The notes under the pieces were generated by a model. That model was given only the letters and a program-made list of their open reading frames with translations, ran no database searches and was not told the DNA's origin. A stretch of 64,000 bases of DNA from Candidatus Latescibacterota bacterium (GTDB lineage Bacteria; Latescibacterota; UBA2968; UBA8231). The position numbers and the translations under genes were made by a program. This document shows positions 57,927 to 64,000 of this stretch, piece after piece (position 1 is the first letter of the stretch; every line of letters begins with the position of its first letter). The stretch covers positions 1,568,001 to 1,632,000 of the forward strand of contig OZ241889.1 in assembly GCA_965203355.1 (NCBI GenBank), read 5' to 3'.

Positions 57927-58072
57927 GGTCGCATTCGCTCAGCGTTGGACATGCAAGAGAAGATAGGTCAATATGGGAGAAAGGTATAGGGCGGGCTGTG
58001 CTAGATGGCACTTAGCCCTGCTTTTTGGCAGATAGGTTATATTTTCTTACGCACCGGGGCTTTAGGTGTGAG

Positions 58073-59449
58073 ATGATTCGACTGGCAGCACCGGAACCTC
58101 CCGACCCACTTCGACTATTGGACGAGAAAATCGCTACTTCCGGCTGGGGGCTATACCCGCTCGTCGCCGCCTCGGTTCAGCGGGCGCGCTATCTAAGCGA
58201 CCTCGGTCGCGCGGCCGCGACTCGGATTTTGCCCCAGGGCAATTGCCGCTCCTACGGCGACGCCTGCCTGTACGAGCGCGTCGTCTCCACGCTGCACCTC
58301 AAGCACCTGCTCGACTTTGATCCGCAGCGCGGGCTGTTGCGCGCCCAAGCCGGCATTACCTTTGCGGAGATCATCCGCTTTGCCCTGCCCCAAGGCTTTT
58401 TTCCACCCGTTACGCCGGGGACCAAGTTCCCCACGCTCGGCGGCTGCATTGCCGCCGATGTACACGGCAAAAACCACCACGCCGAGGGATCTATTGCTTC
58501 CTTTGTCGAAACGCTGGACATGGTGTTGGCCGATGGCTCGCTTGTGCGCTGCTCGCGCACCGAGTGCGCCGACCTGTTTTGGGCCACGCTCGGCGGCATG
58601 GGCTTGACGGGATTTATCTATGCGGCGACGCTGCGGCTAAAAAAGGTGCCGTCGGCGTATCTTCGGCAGCGTGCCATTAAGACCGCGAATTGGGCCGAGA
58701 CGTGCCGCGTCTGTACGGAGACGCAGCATCAGTACACCTATTCGGTCGCGTGGGTCGATGGCTTGCAAACGGGCCGGAAGTTAGGGCGCGGTCGCGTACT
58801 GCTCGGGGAACACGCCGAGGCGCGCCAACTCAAGGGCAAGCAGCCCTTTGCCCTCGGCGGCGAGGGACGCTGGGCCGTGCCGTTTTTCTTGCCCGGCGGC
58901 GTGCTCAATGCCAAGTCCCTGAAGGCATTTAACGCGCTCTATTATCACCGCCAAGTGCGCCGGGCGACCGATGCGCTGGTTCACTACGACCCGTATTTCT
59001 ATCCGCTCGACGCCATCGGCAACTGGAACCGCCTGTACGGCCGCCGGGGCTTTTTGCAGTACCAAGTCGCCGTGCCCTATGCTGATGGCGCGGAAGTGAT
59101 CGCCGACCTGCTCGGGCGCATCGCCCGCGCCGGGGTGGCTTCGTCGTTGGCCGTGCTCAAGACCTTTGGGCCACCGAGCGCGGGCTTGCTTTCTTTTCCC
59201 ATTGCGGGTTATACCCTCGCGCTGGACATCCCCTTGCGCGATGGCGGGACGATTCCCTTCTTGCGTGCATTGAACAAAATCATCGTCGAAGCCAAAGGCC
59301 GCGTCTATCTGGCCAAGGACGCCATTTTGGAAAGGGAGGATTTCGCTGTCATGTATCCGCAACTGGAACAATTCAAAGCGGTCAAACGCAAATACGACCC
59401 GGAATGCCGCTTCCGCTCTTGTTTGTCCGACCGCTTGGGGATTACGTGA
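58073..59449 (+). CDS. FAD-linked oxidase, decaprenylphosphoryl-ribose 2'-oxidase (DprE1)-like
   Basis: Motifs RSYGD, VTPGTKFPTLGG, DVHGKNHH, GGMGLTG, WNRLYG..GFLQYQ, YLAKD. Confidence 0.85.
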   Translation: MIRLAAPEPPDPLRLLDEKIATSGWGLYPLVAASVQRARYLSDLGRAAATRILPQGNCRSYGDACLYERVVSTLHLKHLLDFDPQRGLLRAQAGITFAEIIRFALPQGFFPPVTPGTKFPTLGGCIAADVHGKNHHAEGSIASFVETLDMVLADGSLVRCSRTECADLFWATLGGMGLTGFIYAATLRLKKVPSAYLRQRAIKTANWAETCRVCTETQHQYTYSVAWVDGLQTGRKLGRGRVLLGEHAEARQLKGKQPFALGGEGRWAVPFFLPGGVLNAKSLKAFNALYYHRQVRRATDALVHYDPYFYPLDAIGNWNRLYGRRGFLQYQVAVPYADGAEVIADLLGRIARAGVASSLAVLKTFGPPSAGLLSFPIAGYTLALDIPLRDGGTIPFLRALNKIIVEAKGRVYLAKDAILEREDFAVMYPQLEQFKAVKRKYDPECRFRSCLSDRLGIT

Positions 59450-60177
59450 GGGCCTTGGTTTTGGGGGCGAAGTCGGCGATTGCCCAAGCTATCGTCGAGC
59501 GCCTCGACGGCTGGGACTTTGCGCTGGCTGCCCGCGGGTCCCGCGCGCTGGAGCCTTTTGCGGCGGACTTGCGACTCAGACGCGCCTGCCGAGTGGAACT
59601 GTTCGAGTTCGACGCCTTGGACTTTGCGGCGTTGGCGCGCTTGCCGCAGCAGGTTCACGCGCGCGGCGGCCCCTTCGACTTGGTCGTCCTCGCCTTCGGC
59701 TATCTCGGCGACGAGCGCACCGCGCAGCGCGATGCCGAGGAGCTAGCGCACATCCTCAACGCCAATTTCACCGGCGCGGCCATTGCGCTGGCGCATTTGG
59801 CTAATTATCTGGAGGAAAGGGGTGCGCCGACTGGCATCATCGCCATTTCGTCTGTGGCTGGCGACCGAGGCCGTCAGGGCAATTACGCGTATGGTTCGGC
59901 TAAGGGAGGGCTGTCGATTTTCTTGCAAGGATTGCGCCATCGGCTGGCCGCGACGTCCGTACACGTGCTGACAGTCAAGCCTGGGTTCGTCGATACACCT
60001 ATGACGGAAGGGCTAGAGGGGTTGTTTTTGGTCGCTTCGCCGGAGCGAGTAGCTGCCGACATCGTGCGCGCTTATCGGCAAAAGAAAGACGTGCTCTACA
60101 CGCCGTTTTTTTGGCGCTGGATCATGCTCGGGATCAAGAGCATCCCCGAGCGCATTTTTAAGAGGCTGAAGTTGTGA
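59446..60177 (+). CDS. SDR oxidoreductase, DprE2-like
   Basis: Motifs LGAKSAIA, SSVAGDRGR, YGSAK, KPGFVDTPMT; GTGA overlap with the upstream gene. Confidence 0.85.
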   Translation: MRALVLGAKSAIAQAIVERLDGWDFALAARGSRALEPFAADLRLRRACRVELFEFDALDFAALARLPQQVHARGGPFDLVVLAFGYLGDERTAQRDAEELAHILNANFTGAAIALAHLANYLEERGAPTGIIAISSVAGDRGRQGNYAYGSAKGGLSIFLQGLRHRLAATSVHVLTVKPGFVDTPMTEGLEGLFLVASPERVAADIVRAYRQKKDVLYTPFFWRWIMLGIKSIPERIFKRLKL

Positions 60178-60187
60178 CGCGATGATA

Positions 60188-60209
60188 CAGTGGTCACTGA
60201 CCACTAACC
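60188..60209. repeat. Heptamer-armed element, short copy 4
   Basis: cagtgg tcactga ccactaa cc. Confidence 0.5.
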
Positions 60210-60216
60210 TAGCACT

Positions 60217-61134
60217 ATGGAATATCGCCTGAGACAGGATGAGCGCGTGCCCGCCGGGGTTCGGCGGATGGCCGCAGGACAGCTCGATAAGGCCCTCGAG
60301 CATCTCGGCTGTCAGGACGGCAAACTAGACGAGCACATTCACGAGGCGCGCAAGGCCATCAAGCGCCTGCGGGCCTTGGTGCGCTTGGTCCGCGGCGACC
60401 TCGGAGACGAGGGATACGCCCTAGAAAACCAGTGCTATCGGGCCGCTGGTCAGCGGCTTTCGGGGCTGCGCGATGCCGCGGTGCTGGTCGAGACCTTGGA
60501 CCGCTTGGTTGAAGGCTTGGGCCAAGCGGTCCCGAAGAGCCGGTTTGCGCGGGTGCGGGTGTGGTTGGTGGAGCGCCGCGATCGGGCCTATGGTCAAGCG
60601 GCTAGCCGCGATCGGGCCGTTCAGGAGGCGACCGCCGAGCTCGCGCAGGCCCGCGACCGCTTGGAACATTGGAACGTACAGAGCCCGGGTTGGGGAGGGA
60701 TTCGGGGGGGGTTGCAGCGGATATATGCGCGGGGTCGGCGCGATTTTGCCGCGGCCTACGCGCTGCCCAGCGACGAGGCGTTCCACGACTGGCGCAAGCA
60801 GGTGAAATACCTGTGGTACCACAGCCAAATACTAGAGCCTATCTGGCCGCCGGTTATGCAGGCCCTGGCCGACGAACTGGACCGGCTAGGGAATTTGCTG
60901 GGCGAGGATCGCGATTTGGCCGTATTGCACGCGGTTCTGGCCGAGTTTCCGCGGGCTGGAGCCACGGCCACACGGCAGGCGCTGGAAAGGCGGATTGGCG
61001 CCGAGCGTTCCCGGATGCAGCGCGCGGCGCGTCTGCTAGGCGACCGCATCTACTCGGAACGGCCCCGAGCGTTCACTCGGCGTCTGCGGGGGTATTGGCG
61101 CGTGTGGCAGGCCGAGGCGCACCGGTTGCGCTAG
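60217..61134 (+). CDS. CHAD domain (polyphosphate-binding) protein
   Basis: Motifs IHEARKAIKRLRA, RDAAV, HDWRKQVKYL, LGEDRDL. Confidence 0.9.
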   Translation: MEYRLRQDERVPAGVRRMAAGQLDKALEHLGCQDGKLDEHIHEARKAIKRLRALVRLVRGDLGDEGYALENQCYRAAGQRLSGLRDAAVLVETLDRLVEGLGQAVPKSRFARVRVWLVERRDRAYGQAASRDRAVQEATAELAQARDRLEHWNVQSPGWGGIRGGLQRIYARGRRDFAAAYALPSDEAFHDWRKQVKYLWYHSQILEPIWPPVMQALADELDRLGNLLGEDRDLAVLHAVLAEFPRAGATATRQALERRIGAERSRMQRAARLLGDRIYSERPRAFTRRLRGYWRVWQAEAHRLR

Positions 61135-61161
61135 CCATTCGACGAAAAAGGAGCTATAACC

Positions 61162-62346
61162 ATGATTCATACGACTATGTGGACCTATCCTTGGGATGTG
61201 ATCGACGAGGGGGTGGACCGCGTCATCGGTTTCCTCAAGGAAGAGGTAGGGCTGGATGCGATTAGCCTGGCCACGGTCTATCACACGTACGATCAACTGC
61301 GCACTCATATACCCGGCAAAAAGCTCTTTTCTGGGTGCGAGGACGCCATCTACTTCCAGCCTCAGCGCGCGTTGTACCAGGGCACCAAGATCAAGCCGCA
61401 CGTGCATCCCCTGGCCGACGACTCAGATCCAGTACGGGTCATTGCCGCGGCCTGCCGTGCGCGTGGTCTGGACCTGATCTCGTGGACCGTGCCCCTGCAC
61501 AACCACTACATGGCCAAGCAGCATCCAGACTGCGCCTTGCTCGGCGCGTTTGGGGATCGCTATCCGGGTTGCCTGTGCCCGGCCAATCCCGAAGTGAGGG
61601 AATACGTTCTAGGCTTGAGCTTGGACTTGGCCTCCAACCGCGATGTGCAGATGATCGAGTACGAATCCCTCCACTACATGGGCTTTGGCATGTTCCGCAA
61701 CCACGCCAAGGTGGGAGTCGAGCTCGGGGCGGTCGGCTCGCTGTTGATGTCGCTGTGCTTTTGCGCTGAGTGTGCGCAGCGGGCTGAGGCTCGGGGCGTG
61801 GATGCGGAGGAGTTGAAGAGCCAAGTGAAAAAATGGCTCTTGGACCTTTTCGAGGCGGGGCCGTCGGAGCGCAGCGTGCAAGAATTTGTCGCGGCCGAGC
61901 CTTTGGTGAACGAGTACCTAAAGATGCGCGCAGACGTGGTGACGTCGCTGGCGGCGGCGGTGAAAGAGGCCGTAAAAATGCCCGTTTCTTTTTTGTACAT
62001 GGGCAATTATTACAACAACGGCATCGACCGCAAACCCATTGAACAGATCGTCGATCGAGTCAATGTCCTGTGCTACAGCGGCTCGCCCGAAGAAGCCAGC
62101 CACAGAGCGCAGGAGACCCTAGCCGGTATGGACGATCCGTCCATGTTGATCTGCGGCCTGAACGGTCACCAGCCCATAGACAGCGCCGAACAGATGCGCG
62201 CTATCATCGCGGCGGTTTACAAAGCCGGGGCGCGCCGGTTTTCGTATTACAATTACGGTATGATTTCTCGGCGCAATTTTAGGTGGATTGCCGAGGCCAT
62301 TGCCGCCGTGCACGCCCTTGACGCGCGGGACCCGGTGAAGCAGTAA
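61162..62346 (+). CDS. Hypothetical protein, probable glycoside hydrolase-like TIM barrel
   Basis: Motifs YPWDV, LATVYH, WTVPLHN, LCPANPEVREY, LCFCAEC, YYNYG; AAGGAG RBS. Confidence 0.7.
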   Translation: MIHTTMWTYPWDVIDEGVDRVIGFLKEEVGLDAISLATVYHTYDQLRTHIPGKKLFSGCEDAIYFQPQRALYQGTKIKPHVHPLADDSDPVRVIAAACRARGLDLISWTVPLHNHYMAKQHPDCALLGAFGDRYPGCLCPANPEVREYVLGLSLDLASNRDVQMIEYESLHYMGFGMFRNHAKVGVELGAVGSLLMSLCFCAECAQRAEARGVDAEELKSQVKKWLLDLFEAGPSERSVQEFVAAEPLVNEYLKMRADVVTSLAAAVKEAVKMPVSFLYMGNYYNNGIDRKPIEQIVDRVNVLCYSGSPEEASHRAQETLAGMDDPSMLICGLNGHQPIDSAEQMRAIIAAVYKAGARRFSYYNYGMISRRNFRWIAEAIAAVHALDARDPVKQ

Positions 62347-62379
62347 AGCACTGGTGGATGAAAGTCGAATCACTACCTT

Positions 62380-62461
62380 CCAGTGGCCAGTGGCCTGTCC
62401 CGACCCAACCCCAGAAGCGATCGGGGACTGACCACTGATCACTGACCACTGACCACTGACC
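62380..62461. repeat. Heptamer-armed palindromic element, copy 5
   Basis: ccagtgg ccagtgg cctgtccc ... gggactga ccactga tcactga ccactga ccactga. Confidence 0.75.
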
Positions 62462-62478
62462 TCCAAGGAGACGAAAAC

Positions 62479-62871
62479 ATGAAACAAGCCTATGAACGCC
62501 CGTTTCGGCCCACTGAAATAACGGATTCCACCGCCGTATCCTTTCCCTTGGTGCGTATGGCCAGTCAGCTTATGACCGAGGATGTGTTTGAAAATACGGG
62601 ACGAAATTCTCTGTCCTTAGCGCGTGGAAGCGATTTAACGGTCGTTCTGCTCGTACTCAAGGACCAAGCCGTGCTCCACGAACACATCGCGCCCGGTCCG
62701 ATCAATGTCACAGTGTTGTCTGGGGATATTGAGTTCTCGACGACCCCTGAGTCTGAGCCGTTGAGGCTGCGCCCCGGAGAGGCGGCCGTGTGTGCCGCCC
62801 ACTTACCGCATACGGTCAAAGCCCTAGCGGACAGTGCCTTCTTGCTCGTCATTGGCGGCCGGGCCGAATGA
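62479..62871 (+). CDS. Cupin domain protein
   Basis: Motif LHEHIAPGPINVTVLSG...PHTVKA; AAGGAG RBS. Confidence 0.85.
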   Translation: MKQAYERPFRPTEITDSTAVSFPLVRMASQLMTEDVFENTGRNSLSLARGSDLTVVLLVLKDQAVLHEHIAPGPINVTVLSGDIEFSTTPESEPLRLRPGEAAVCAAHLPHTVKALADSAFLLVIGGRAE

Positions 62872-62929
62872 CGAGCCGCCCGAATCGGTCCCCCAGTTCA
62901 GGGCCAAAAGGTAAATCCGCCCCTCGGCT

Positions 62930-64000
62930 TCACTCCGGTAGCGCCAGCGCCAAAAGCTGTGGCACCCAGTCGTCATTGTTGATTGGAAAGACGATATACT
63001 GCCGTCCGTCGGCCATATAGCTAATGGGACTGCCGTTGGGGTTGCCGGGAAACTCCATCTGGGCCAGTACCGCGCCTGTATCTAAATCAAAGGCGCGCAG
63101 ATAAGGCCCTTTCTCGACAAAGGCGTCACCGCTGAGATCCCCCCACCATTCGGGGTTTTGCGAAACCACCACTAGCACCGTCTCGGTCGCGAGTATGAAG
63201 TTGTAGTGGAACCAACCCATCGCCGGCAAGTCGAGGTCGCGCAGGGCCTTGTGGTTGATCGGGCCTTGGCCCACCGGGTTCATCCAGACGTGCTCGCCCG
63301 TGTCTAAGTCGATGGCCGTGATCCGGCCGTAGGGGGGCTTGGTCAGCGGCAGGCCATCGACGTATTCGGAGCGGTCGTTGAAGAAGGCGTAATCCGAAAA
63401 GGCACGCAGGCCCTCCACCTTTTCCAGCCGCACGATGTCCGGGGCGGTGCGCGAAGGGACGTAGAGCACGTTCTTTTGGGGAACCAGTGCTGCGCCGCTC
63501 CAATCCGAGCCGCCCAAGCCCCCGGGCAACACCAGCGTACCCTTTTCGCTGGGTGGGGTAAACAGCGGGCCGTGCTCGTACTTTTGCAGGATCGCCAGGG
63601 CCTTGGCTCGCAACTCGGGCGTAAAGTCGATCAGGTCGTCTGCTTGCAGCCCTTGGCGGTCGTAGGGCGCGGGCTTGCTGGGGAAGGGCTGGGTCGGCCA
63701 GCTTTGCTCGCCCGGGGTGTTCGACTTAGGGACCGCGCGCTCTTTGATCGGCCACAGCGGTTCGCCGGTCGTGCGGTCGAACACATAGCAAAAGGCCTGT
63801 TTGCTCACTAAGGCCAGGGCCTTGACCGCTTTGCCTGCCACTTCTATATCGGCTAGGACTGGCGGGGCGGGCGGGTCGTAGTTCCACAGGCCGTGGTGGA
63901 TGAGTTGATAGTGCCAGACGCGCTCGCCGGTTGCCGCCTTGAGGCAGACCAGCGTTTGGCTGAAGAGATTGGCGCCCGGGCGGTCGCCGCCGTAGTGGTT
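62930..64000 (-). CDS. PQQ-dependent (glucose/quinate-type) dehydrogenase, 5'-truncated by the window edge
   Basis: Open to the window end: YGGDRPGANLF, WHYQLIHHGLWNYD, KPPYGRITAIDL, PISYMADGRQY. Confidence 0.88.
   Translation of the reverse strand, partial: NHYGGDRPGANLFSQTLVCLKAATGERVWHYQLIHHGLWNYDPPAPPVLADIEVAGKAVKALALVSKQAFCYVFDRTTGEPLWPIKERAVPKSNTPGEQSWPTQPFPSKPAPYDRQGLQADDLIDFTPELRAKALAILQKYEHGPLFTPPSEKGTLVLPGGLGGSDWSGAALVPQKNVLYVPSRTAPDIVRLEKVEGLRAFSDYAFFNDRSEYVDGLPLTKPPYGRITAIDLDTGEHVWMNPVGQGPINHKALRDLDLPAMGWFHYNFILATETVLVVVSQNPEWWGDLSGDAFVEKGPYLRAFDLDTGAVLAQMEFPGNPNGSPISYMADGRQYIVFPINNDDWVPQLLALALPE

Overview
A GC-rich bacterial chromosome window from a diderm organism. The gene content (CRTAC1/ASPIC-UnbV, spondin-domain, Minf_1886-like and DprE1/E2-like proteins) suggests an uncultured Latescibacterota/Gemmatimonadota-like lineage, possibly host- or sponge-associated; this is inference only. 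Most of it is housekeeping and envelope genes: argJ, an aminotransferase, accA, queF, queC, uvrA, tRNA-Gly, PBP1A, rlmN, larC, dppA/B/C and glgB. The main accessory element is a ~9.3 kb type I restriction-modification island (4657-14037) with no integrase. It is bounded by a duplicated 3' end of the neighbouring gene. Inside it are a second, nested gene-3'-end duplication (hsdS tail + promoter + small gene), three length-variable coiled-coil/membrane-anchor paralogs, and several antitoxin-like genes with no toxins. Elsewhere there are a TolC/MlaC-DUF3047/MlaC/MMPL operon, a spondin-Cache-spondin-spondin lipoprotein with (DGDGDM)n arrays, and two inverted MITE copies (one with a TTA target duplication). 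The window also holds a family of heptamer-armed palindromic repeats, a degenerate 29+32 bp CRISPR-like unit, and an apparent CCWGG-to-CTWGG decay signature. All product calls come from recognising motifs by eye; no database searches were run.
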